DNA of 50,923 bases, taken from Catajapyx aquilonaris (taxonomy: Eukaryota). The notes under the pieces were generated by a model. It ran no database searches, was not told the DNA's origin, and saw only the letters and a list, made by a program, of their open reading frames with translations. The stretch spans positions 1-50,923 of the forward strand of contig KZ538824.1 in NCBI GenBank assembly GCA_000934665.2. The letters run 5' to 3'. This document shows positions 36,755-48,006 of the stretch, piece after piece. Position 1 is the stretch's first letter. Each line of letters starts with the position of its first letter. The position numbers and the translations under genes were made by a program.

Positions 36755-36993
36755 GATACCCCTGGGCCTCTTAGGGGATCATCTTTTCGTGAACCGACTT
36801 TAATCATTGCCTGCGTGTGATGGATTTTGATTGCGGGAGGAAACGGGAGAACCCCGAGAAAACCCACGCGAACACGGAGAGAACCCATCGAAACTCTATC
36901 CACATAAGTATCCTCTGCCCGACCCGGGGATCAAACTCAGGACCTTAGAGGTGGAAGGCTGTGGCGCTAACCACTCCGTCACCGTGTCGCCCT
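36700..36993 (-). mobile_element. tRNA-derived SINE, same family as 35064-35324
   Basis: Near-identical body; long AAT tract; 12-bp TSD GAGTATACTGAT. Confidence 0.9.
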
Positions 36994-39008
36994 GAGTATA
37001 CTGATTATTGTGGTCCCTTGAAGACTCATATCCAGAGTTGACTGCAATTTTAACTTCTTAATTCTGTAAATTCTAATGCATTTTGGTTGCAATAAACACG
37101 GGACACACCAGACATAAATTTTCCATCAATGACATGTCAGCCTTATGAAATTTTGTTGCGTTAAATCCCACCACTAGCCCTAGTTGCAAAGTTACTGATC
37201 TTACAACACAGTCCATTTTAAAATAACATGACCTCTGAATACGTCTGGTTTGCATACGTACACACAGGCTCCCACAACAATGCAGGTGACTCACCTTATT
37301 ATATCCAATGACCAACCCCTACAGAAATGAGGCAAGCTATGCCTTCTTCGGTTCTTTGCAAAAATTAGCAATGCAGTATTGAATCAAGGCAATTATCGAG
37401 TATTACTCATGTGCTGTGTAATCGGCCTTCAGCTATCCACAGAGGAGAGGGTGCGTTCACGGCACATTCTTGCCCTTTCTCACCCCCCATGCCCCCATCA
37501 CCCCAAACCCCACTGGTTGCGTTCAGCATTCGGTACAGTCAAAATCAAAACAATTCGAATCTACAGTTTGCTTGTTGTGAGAAGAACGCAATACTGGACG
37601 TGGACAAACCTAACATCCCCAAGGTGGACATTGATGTTAACAATCTGTGTCACCAGACCTGGCAAAAAGATCAAATCATCTGCAAGATATCAGGCAATTA
37701 ATATATTGTGCCACAATGTGACTTATTATATATTGGTCAGCATGTAACAGGGCTTTCTGTAACAAAATAATGGACAAGATGAGCCTCAACACTGTTGATA
37801 ACCATTCTAGGTGCAAAATAAAAACTGAAGTGTTGATGACCAAAAGCTCTTCCTCCTGCCCTCACACTTATTGTGGATCGACTTAGGACTCTGAACAAAG
37901 GGTCATAAATGTTTTTAAATATTAAAATATTGAGTTATGTGTCAAGTGGTAAGTTCACCTCAAGGCACCTGATCAGTAGTTTTAGGATGCCAATAGGAGA
38001 AAAAAATAACCCAGATTTAATGAAGTTACTACAGTATACGTATCGATACGTATAGTATAATGCTTCATCACGTTTTTTCAAGCAGCTTAACCAGGGGCAA
38101 TCATGGTTTGTCAACAACCCAACCAGAGGTTCTGCACATGGCCATGTGAGATGACACAAAAGTGCAGTGACACGTATCATGCACGAGACTGCAACACGGA
38201 CTAGATCAAAACCCACATTTCCCTATGATTTGTGAAGAGAATGCAAACTTCAATTCGCTCTCCTGAAAAATTCACTTTTGTGGGTTATACAGTAGCCTAT
38301 ATCACCTTTTCCCACCACAACCACCATTTTAACCCCTGACCTCCGCCATGATACAAACCTATACATGCTAACATGTATTACTATGATTCTAAGTGCCAGA
38401 CATTGTTAGGAGGCATAGACTGACTTCATCCTTATTGTCATCAGCACTTCCGTCATTAAATATATTACATTGTCTGCTTGTGAGACAATCAACTTTTCCA
38501 CGACAGATGTGAATTTCTCACCCATGTTGTTGTCCAGTTTTTCCTGGCGTAAATTTCTCGCTTCTGTCTTGACCTGCTTCATGTCTTGCATTCTTTTTCA
38601 GGTTTTGATGCTTTTCCAGTGACTATACTGTCATCTACTCTGCAATATATTTCCACAAGGCATCCAATTGTCCTTCTTAATTCCGTTCATTCCTGTTCTA
38701 GGCCCTTGTTGGGGCCGCATCCTCAGCTTTATTTGCGCTTACTACCAAGTCCTAGAAGACATAATTACAAGGAGATGTTGCTCTTAGCCATTGAACTTTT
38801 TTACCTGGATGCTTACCTTTTGACTTGCACTGTCCCTGCACCCAATCCACGTGGCAGTAGACAACATGATAATGTGCCCTCATGACCCGCGTGATTCCTA
38901 CAAGAGTCTGAATAAAGAATTTTGTAATCCCCCTCCAATAAATGGCTAAGGGCCTTGTAATGGGGCACTTAATAAGTTAGACAACTTTTTGATATAACTT
39001 ATTAAAAT

Positions 39009-39245
39009 ACCGAAGCAGGTTGGCATAGTGGATAAGGCGTCCGACTGCTAATCGGAAGGTCCTGGGTTCGAATCCCGGTGCCGGCAACTCTAACCGTGGT
39101 TTTCTGTGGTTTATTCCCACGGTTTCTCCAGGAGAATTCCGGAGTTGTTTCCTAATAAACAGGCCACAGCCGCCCCCTTCCTTTCCTATCCTCTCCTAAA
39201 GAGCAATAAGTAAAAATGCAAGCAAAGAGTTCCAGACAAAACAGA
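39009..39245 (+). mobile_element. tRNA-Ser(GCT)-like SINE, 3' end missing or diverged
   Basis: ACCGAAGCAG..GACTGCTAATC..GGTTCGAATCCCGG, homologous to 20104-20426. Confidence 0.8.
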
Positions 39246-39409
39246 AATTTTGGGTCTGTGGCCTTGAAGGTAAAGGGTGGAGGAGAGGGGGACTATTTTT
39301 GATTGCGAAACTCGAAAATCGGCTTTCGGGACGGGCCAAGAAGATGTGACTCATGTGACTCGTATAGGTGCCTTTTAGTTCACGATTCAGTCCAGTTTAA
39401 TATATGTCG

Positions 39410-39670
39410 TATCGGGGCTAGAGGGAGTCAATATTGTTCAAGCCTTAATCCTGTATGTGCGGGCCTTCAGTACACCCCACAAGAAGAAATCAGGTGGCGT
39501 CAACTCTGGTGATCTGAGCTAGGACATTCGGTGACATATTTTCGAAAAATCTGTGGCCGCCAAGATCGCCAGACCTGACGCCACCTGATTATTTTCTTCT
39601 TGTGGGGTTTACTGAAGAGCCGCACTTACAGGATTAAGATCAGAACAATTGACGCCCTCTAGCCCCAATA
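39410..39670. mobile_element. Hairpin whose arms are Tc1/mariner transposase coding fragments
   Basis: Right arm (+) reads WPPRSPDLTPPDYF/LWGLLKSRTYRIKIRTIDAL; left arm (-) reads RSPELTPPDFFLWGVLKARTYRIK. Confidence 0.8.
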
Positions 39671-40429
39671 CTGCGGGACTTTGCTGCCATTATTATGTCA
39701 CATTAGCACATAAAATAATGTACGCCAATATGCAGACTCCCATACAAAAGTGCTTGGATGCTGGAGGGGACTGTTTTCGGTATATTCTTTAGGCAGGCCT
39801 TGTTTGGCAATACAAGGTAAGTACGTGTATATTTTCATCAGGAACTTTACCATAGTTAAAATGTTATTGAGGAATATATGTTTGGGTTTCCATTCGAGAT
39901 AATCACTCTGTATTAACACTCACATTGTCACACTCATGTACACATCCTTTCACAGTGCTTTTATTTAGTGCCTTTTTAAAGCATTGTGAAGAGAGAGATT
40001 ACAACATGTTTCCCACCTGGAACAACTAGCTGACACTGACGAGATGTTGTAGCACGAGTCCCCATTCCCTGTTACTTAATTATATCCTGGTATTATATTC
40101 ATACACTATAGCCCTTTGTGCACAAACCTGGTAGGAATAAAGTAATGTTGAAAACCTCTTCCAGGGGATGAATAATATGACAACCATTATGTCACAGCTA
40201 GTAAAGATATAGTTCACTGAATCTGGCACCTTAGTACCAAATCTGATATCACCTTCTGACCACATTGTAAACATTGGAGTGTTGCATTACCTTTTAATGC
40301 TACTTGCGCATATCCAAAATACTTAGGCTATCAACCACCGAAGCATGAATTAGGTGCAACGATGGGTAGGCCTCTGATCAACACTTCTAAAGATCTTCTC
40401 TGGTCTCAGACTTGCAAATAAGACCCTCC

Positions 40430-40559
40430 ACTTGCGACTTGCAAATGTAGGAAGATGTAGCCTACCCGAAAACACGAGATGCGCCTCATTCTCGTCCACC
40501 GGGTTCGACGACAGTGGTCTTCAACGAGATATATTATAAATGTCAATAATAATAATATT

Positions 40560-40614
<55 letters not shown>

Positions 40615-41070
40615 CCACCACCACCACCACCACAATCATCAGAAAAGTTCAGCTTCTTCTTCATGGTCTCCGTCTTGCGAAATGTTCCGTGACATTTACT
40701 TGCGACTTGCATACTGTGACAATGCACCCTCATCAAACGGTGCGCCTCGTTCTGGTCCACCAGCTCCACCGACACTGGTGTTTAATGTGATAATAATATT
40801 ATAAATGTTATTGATTTATTTCCTTCATCATCATCATCATCAGCAGCAGCACCACCACCACCACCATCATCAGAAAAGTTCAGCTTCTTCTTCATGGTCT
40901 CCGTCTTGCGAAATGTTCCGTGACATTTACTTGCGACTTTCATACTGTGACAATGCACCCTCATCAAACGGTGCGCCTCGTTCTGGTCCACCAGCTCCTC
41001 CGACACTGGTGTTTAATGTGATAATTATAAATGTTATTGATTTATCATCATCATCATCATCATCATCATT
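40430..41070. repeat. Tandem about 230-bp units separated by (CAT)n/(CAC)n microsatellites
   Basis: 40635-40820 is nearly identical to 40866-41045; a diverged partial unit lies at 40430-40560. Confidence 0.85.
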
Positions 41071-41149
41071 CTCATCATCATTATTATATTCATCCATTTA
41101 TCAGATTCAAATATTTTCTTCATCATCATCATCTTCTAACGACTTGCTG

Positions 41150-41665
41150 CAGCTGAAAAGATGTATAACAGTCAGATTTGGTGTGAATCAGAGTATTGAT
41201 ATTGGTCAGAAGAAGATGTCAGTCACAGGACTATGGCATGTGGCACGTGAACAAAAGACTTGGAAGAGGTGTCCAGCTTTACAGTATTACAAGCAGAATA
41301 TGGTGCAAGCACTTCTCCTATTCCAAGAATCGCAACATCCAGCTCCCCCTGCAAATCATATACAGTACCAAGTACTGTCTCAGTGTTAGAGGAACAGGAC
41401 TCGACTAATGCACAGAAGCTTTCTTCGTAAATTCTTAAAAGGATACAGACTAAGGAGTCACATTCATCTCCTATTTGAAATTCACTGTCACACTCTTTAT
41501 GCCCCAAGACAAAATGACAGGTGGAAATTGTCCAAGTCATGCTCCCACTCACCAGGGCAGGACACGAGTAAGCTAAAATGTGAAAATGGTGAGCCGCCTT
41601 CCCAAACATCTACATTGGTGTGAGTGGCACTGGTACTACCCTGCTGCTTTTGTGCCTATAATTCT
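41150..41665 (+). pseudogene. Possible highly degenerate piggyBac-like transposase C-terminal remnant
   Basis: Weak resemblance only: YN..FGVN..D..MS....R..KTW, YKQNMVQALL and terminal VAL..PCCF.AY patterns; frameshifts and stops. Confidence 0.25.
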
Positions 41666-42365
41666 GCAGTCTGTCCAATGCCCCAATGGAGTATTACCAT
41701 GACAAACTGGTCAGGCAGAGATTTGACTTAGGAAAGACATTGCCGGCTCTTTGAAATCCACCAAACAGTATTGGAAATAACTTGCAAAAAATAGGTTTTA
41801 GCCATGATTGAATAAGACTCCAGCTTACATGGAGGTTCTGTTGCAAAGACAGGGCTTTGACATGGGTTTCAGAGAACTCATAATTCCATCTTTGAAGCCA
41901 CATGTAGGTTTTAAACTGCGGTCGTTAAGGCAGGAGTGTAAATGATATTTTAAAGCCACCAACAAAGTGCAGATCCTCATGTACCTGGTTTACCGGCCAG
42001 GACATTCCAATTCATTATTGGTGACACAGGTAACTTACTGTTAGTCCAGGTTGCACACATCAATTCTGAAATGAAGGGGTGTCAATATAAGAGTGAAGGT
42101 TTGGAAGTGGCAGGTTGGAATGGCCCACATGTGGCCACACATGGATGGTGGCTGTCATAAGATGTGTGCAAGTATACAGCTGTCACACACAGTGCAAGTA
42201 AATCTACCCTATCAAAAATTAACATGCAACAACCTTCAATCTTCCTGGCGCCAAGATTTCCTATATACCAGGTCTGGTACCGTACTGAACAGAACAAATA
42301 TGAGCAGTTTTTGGGCATGAGGCATGATGGTGTGAACCCACAGCCCATGCCTTTTAATAAATGCT

Positions 42366-45300
42366 TTTTTGTAAATTAAGTAATATTTTATAATTAAAAA
42401 TTTTTAACTGATTTTCATGGAAGTCAATGTGCCTATGCCAGCAACGTCAGTAAATTTTATCGAACCTTTTTGTTTAGTTTAAATTTGAAAAACCTAATGA
42501 TAAGTATGTTCCACCATGCTACCAGTGATGTCCAGTTTAAGAGTCTCTGCAGACGCCCACAACTCTCTCATACTTTCCATACACTTCGTAATATCAATTA
42601 AAGCCAATTAATATTGCACCGCATGATGCCCGCATAAGTTTCTGATCATAGAACACACATTACAATCATGTCAATAGTTCACGTGTAGTAGCCCGACAAA
42701 TAAGAGTTGATGGACATTATTTACACTGGACATGCCTTTCTTTCTTCATCAGCACATTACATAAACATTATGGGCGGCAGTAAGCCAAACCAACAACTTG
42801 AATTAAATTTTCGGTCAGAAAATATTGAACAATTAGTTATACTTGTAGTCTATAATATGTAACCCGTCTACAGTACGGGGTTGTGCACACACATTGTCAT
42901 TCTCAAGGGGGGTAGAGCAAGGGAGGATATCATTTTCATTCTTAAAAAATTATGCCAATTACCATCATTGGTGCTGTAAAGCGGTTGACAGGAAAATCTG
43001 TGCCAACTACAGAGTGATTCGAAATCCTTGTTAGATTCCTGTTGCATCATTTTGTGGCAAGCTGCTTATTTTTAAGCAGTTACTTTTGCATGCATTTGGT
43101 GTCTGTTACTCTTATGTTGTTATGTGTACCCAACCTTTTTAAAAACCTTCAATGGGAGTCTGGCCTTCAAAATGCGTGCAATTTAATGCATTTATTATCA
43201 GTAGCCTACTGGAGTCAATTTATTGTTCAAGCGTCATATTCAGTAGGATAGCAATTTCAATAATTATATTAACATGTACACTGTAAACCTCAAACTGGTG
43301 AGTCTCTCATGGAATATCAATTTTTAATGCTCTTCTTATGCTCGTGTGCTGCTTTTTTGTTGCTAAAAAGCATCACAAGAGCATTAGAAGAGCATTAAAA
43401 ATTGATGTTCCATATGAGAGACTCACCAACTGGTGATGCTCTTTTAATGTTTTGCGGTTTACAGTGTAGAAAAAGTAAAGAACCGAGAAATGAATAAAGA
43501 TAGCGTACAACTTGTAGCCCAATATAATTGGAGAATTTCTTATTACTTCAAGAATGTCTTGAATGCTACCTTTGTTAGTAGCGTACGCTTCGTAACTTAT
43601 TTCAGACCTGCAATTTATCTACTTGGTACATGAGCAGGGTTCAGTGCCTCCTTGGCCTAGTCTCACCCCGAATGATGCTTCGAGGATTGTGTGACAGCCA
43701 GGGGCGTATCCAGAACGTTTTTCTGGGGGGGGGNNNNNNNNNNNNNNNNNNNGCACAAGGATACTTCTCTGGGTGGGGGGGGGGGGCGCAGGGCGATTTT
43801 TTTTTCCTGTTCCAGGTCACAACCCTTCCTTCAAGTAAATAAAGACCAAGTCACGTGACACATGCGAAATACTCAAAGCGGGGTTATTTGAAGTCAAGTA
43901 AGAAGGCTAGCCGGAGTGTTCCAAAACTTCTTCGGAGGGAAACAACGAGCAAAGCGGACCTCCTCCGCAACCGCAAAACGGAAAAGAACCCATAGAACAG
44001 TGCGATTTTGCACTGTTCTAGAGGGTTTTTGCTCGTTGTCCCCCCATTTTTTTTTCTCTTTTTCCAGTATTTTCACTCTGTGGGAGCTCTGCGGGGGGNC
44101 GTAAATCCGTCATTTTAGTTTGTGGACGCAATGATGTAATAAAAACCAGAGGGAGGGGGAGGGTGTGTTGGCAAAGTATGGCACAGTATAATACTAGAGG
44201 ATGAGGGGAGGGAGATTCAAAAATGACAAAAAAAACTAAGTAACCCCCAACTTCATAATTATTATCTCTAGTTCTATGCACCTGCTGCTCTCCTTGGGAC
44301 ATCGGTGAAAAGATGTTCCAGTCAACCCAGAAGGTCCTTCATGCTTGCTGGAGCATCCTTGGGCGCAACAATACGTTCGCTTCTTGTGTGGCATGGCTGG
44401 GCCAAGAGGAGGTCCGCTTTGCTCGTTGTTTCCCTCCGAAGAAGTTTTGGAACACTCCGGCCAGCTTTCTTGACCTCAAATGACCGCTTCGAGTGTTTCG
44501 AATGTGTCACGTGACTTGGTCTTCATTTATTTGAAAATAGTTTATAAAATTACATGCGTATTTGGGATTAAACCTCATTTTTACTACACGGAGGTTCATA
44601 GCCGATCCTAATATAAGATATTTCATTCATCTCGCAGCCGAAAATGATAGGTTGGCAGCCTTCTCTCCTCAATATTGCTACCTATTTAGCAGCGGCCGGC
44701 CCATACGTGTGACGCAATCCCTGGGTGAAGTGTCCGAATCAGCACGCACCCGTCGGATTAGATGGTCCCACGGTCCCCATTTTTTCACCCTGACCCGCTT
44801 ATTTTTCATCACCGCAGTGTCTTCCTACGTTAGAGAAGTCTCCTCCTCTCCTTCTTCAGGACTGCAAGTGTTCGCGGTTATATCATAATTGTTTTTGTTG
44901 TTGGTAAGTATTGTACAGTATGTTTCACTCTCCTCAACAATGAGAGGATACCATGTGATACAATGACTGGTGCCTTTCAGGGGATCATCTTTTCAGGTGA
45001 CCAACATTTATTCATCTACTGTGTCGTGACTGATTTTAATCATGGGAGCTGGGAGAAAAAACGAGAGAATCGCGAAAAAACCCACGCGATCGGTAAGGAG
45101 ATCGAAACACTTGAAAATTTATGTATGTTCATGAAAGAGACCTCTCATATATTATAATAAATTGTATGGTATATTGATAGAATGATAGCATTGCCAAGTT
45201 TGTATACCATTTCCAAAACTTCACATAAACGTATGCTCTGTTGTTCCCAGCCATGATCGAATTAATTAGATTGTAGAACTTGAAAACTATACGCCAGTAA

Positions 45301-45420
45301 GGCATATTGTTCATCAAAGTGTGACAGGAAGTCACATAATAATTGGATCAGGGGAACTGCAGAACATAATTATTGCTACAATAAGCAATTACCTGGCATC
45401 TTCTTTATATAAATATATAT
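42366..45420 (+). repeat. Tandem segmental duplication, copy A
   Basis: Colinear, highly similar to 48007-50730 apart from copy-specific indels. Confidence 0.9.
43279..43466. mobile_element. Small MITE (also in copy B at 49004-49187)
   Basis: TA|CACTGTAAACC ... GGTTTACAGTG|TA, internally palindromic. Confidence 0.8.
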
Positions 45421-45518
45421 ATGGGTCATTAAGCACTTAATATAATTATAGTCCATCACTAGTAGGAAAGGATTGTGTGGATTTACATGCTCTTTATCAT
45501 TGGTTTCACATGTTGCAG

Positions 45519-46241
45519 GCTCCTGTTTATGAGGACAAAGAGGACAGTGACCAGTCCTTTTCTGATTTGAGTGACTCTGGGGATGATGAGTATATTCCTC
45601 CACGGGGCTCAGATGACAAGACCTGTGCTCTCTTGAAGAGGAAGAGCAGGAAGAAGCGAAGAGGACAGGTATCTTGTGCTACGCTAATTAGGAACCAAAT
45701 AAGGTTGCAATTAGTCTTTAGGGGAACGGTGAGTTATTTCTGACTCCTAAGGCAGTTCGTGCTTCACATATCTGAGGTGAGAATATGAGGGAGAAGATGA
45801 TGAGCATTACATGGGTGAAAATGTGGCAAAACCAGATAAAGATCAACCCCTAAAACATTATCATCTGTGTTCATAGTCAACATTTCAGATTTTGAACTAT
45901 TATTGTCCTGGAGATTATGGTTCAGGAGGTCCAGAACCCTCCATCCAACACACTAGTCCAAAATCTGAAGTGTTGACTATGAACACAGCTGATAATGTTT
46001 TATGGGTTGATCTTTATAGGGTTCTAGAGGTGGAAAGTGGTGTAACTGTGCCTTTGGAAGTAATTTTTTATCATTATATCTTAGGCTACACTATTATTTA
46101 CTGTCCTAGTGTGCTGCTGCAGAAGTATCCAGTGGCTCCGAACCTGATGGGGATGAATCCATGCCATCCGCTGCAGCTGACCCATCAAGGGAACGATCTC
46201 CTGCCCCAAGCGGAAGGGTGACCTGGAACAAACGAGCATAT
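45519..46241 (+). CDS. Two phase-0 exons (45519-45668, 46110-46241) of an unidentified gene or TE gene: acidic, basic NLS-like peptide
   Basis: TTGCAG|..|GTATCT and CCTAG|..|GTAAGT boundaries; joined reading APVYEDKEDSDQSFSDLSDSGDDEYIPP..LKRKSRKKRRGQ-CAAAEVSSGSEPDGDES..VTWNKRAY is open; upstream donor G|GTAAGT at 44904. Confidence 0.4.
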
Positions 46242-46406
46242 GTAAGTAGTGTTATAGTGAAAGAAAGTAATGTTTTCCGTTTTCAGCAGTATATTAGAAG
46301 ACATTTTTTGGCCACATTGCTAAACTTTCATTAATTTTTCAATATTATAATATTAGTGATCTATTATGGTCTACCAGTAATTGACAAAAGATATTATATG
46401 GATAGA

Positions 46407-47007
46407 TGAAGACCTCTAGGGAAGAACGATCAAGGTTCACTTTTTGTCAAAAATCAGTGACATATCTCAGAAGATATTTTCACTAGTGTAGAATTTGATG
46501 GTTTGGTTGTGGTTGTGGAGTAATAATAATAATAATCATCATCATCATCATCATCATCATCATAATCATAATTGATACCCCATTATCAGCCCTTTAGGCT
46601 TCATTAGGGGGGAGGGGGGATTTCTCCCATTTTTATTTTGTCTGGAACTCTTTCCATTTTTACTATACTTTTTCATCGGAATTGAGGCAAGGATAGGTAA
46701 GGAAGGAAGCGGCTGTGGCCTATAATTACGGTAACGACCCCGGAATTATCCTGCGATGACCATGGGAAACCACAGAAAATCATGATCAGGGTCGCCGGCC
46801 TCCGGGATTCGAACCCAGGACATCCCGATTAGCAGTCGGACACCACTACACCACTACTGCTTCGGTTGGTTGTGGAGTAATGATCATAGGCCCTGAAAGA
46901 TGGAACCTTATGAGCCTTATGAACCTTATGAGCCTTCGAAATTTAAAATGGGAATATCTCAGTGTCACCTGAGGTGAACCTTGATCATTCTTCCCACGAG
47001 GTCTTCA
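46407..47007. mobile_element. MITE containing a nested SINE
   Basis: TIR TGAAGACCTCTAGGGAAGAACGATCAAGGTTCAC / GTGAACCTTGATCATTCTTCCCACGAGGTCTTCA. Confidence 0.75.
46525..46866 (-). mobile_element. tRNA-Ser(GCT)-like SINE, full length
   Basis: Reverse complement of the 20104-20426 family; 15-bp TSD TGGTTGTGGAGTAAT at 46510-46524 and 46867-46881. Confidence 0.9.
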
Positions 47008-47396
47008 GATAGCATTACCTAGTTTGTATACCATTTCCAAAACACATCAACGTATGCTCTGTTGTTCGTAGCCATGAAATAATTGATTGTAGAACTTGAA
47101 AACTATGTCAGTAAGGCATGTTGTTCATGAAAGTGTGACAGGAAGTCACATAATTGGATCAGGGGAACTGCAGGACAAAATATATTATTGCTACAATAAG
47201 TCATTATATGTCATGTTATTTATATAAATTTATATGGGTCATTAAGCACTTAATATGTAGTACATCCCTAGTCCATCACTAGTATAGGAAAGGATTGTGT
47301 AGATTTAGATGCTCATTATCATTGATTCCACATGTTACAGGCTCCTGTTTATGAGGACAAAGAGGACAGTGACCAGTCCTTTTCTGATTTGAGTGA
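47008..47396 (+). repeat. Extra partial copy of 45184-45574, including the start of the acidic exon
   Basis: TTACAG|GCTCCTGTTTATGAGGACAAAGAGGACAGTGACCAGTCCTTTTCTGATTTGAGTGA at 47341-47396, then similarity stops. Confidence 0.85.
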
Positions 47397-48006
47397 GGAT
47401 ATGGACGGGAAAATGAGTCACACAGGGGATTATGGGAGTACAATATCAACATAAAAGATGACAGGTAACTTTAAAAAACTGAGAATTTCCCTTGTATAAT
47501 ATTGACTGGGCCAGAAACCTTTGTTACACCCTGTATTAAATGGAAGAATGCGAAGCGTATAAAAATAGGGTCGGTTATCATGTTTTTCCGTTTGAGGAAG
47601 TGCCTGAAAATATGGCATGTTGGTTATCATCCAGCCCGTGTTGTCGTCAGGTGCATGATAATTATGTGAACTTTGAGTATACCAAAATGTTTGTCAAGTC
47701 TTTCACTTAGTTGCTAGGTGTATAGTTCATAAATGACAAAAATGTCAGTTATCATGTTTTTCCACCACACCCCTCAATTGAGGAAACGTTTGTTGAAAAT
47801 GAGCATGGCAATGTAACAGTATGTTCACATGCAACTGTATTGAGTAAATACACTTATTGCACCTCATGACATTTGGTGTTGGCTGTTCTATTCATGTTGT
47901 TTTAATATGTGTAGAATCTCGTTATTCCACACCACAATCCGACAATAAAATTGCTTTGGTCATCCCATAGAAAATTATATCGGTCATTCATTCATTCATT
48001 CATCCA

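Noticed and set aside
40406..41389. Poly-His/poly-Asp ORFs as metal-binding proteins
   Set aside because: Translations of CAT/CAC microsatellites; no supporting gene structure
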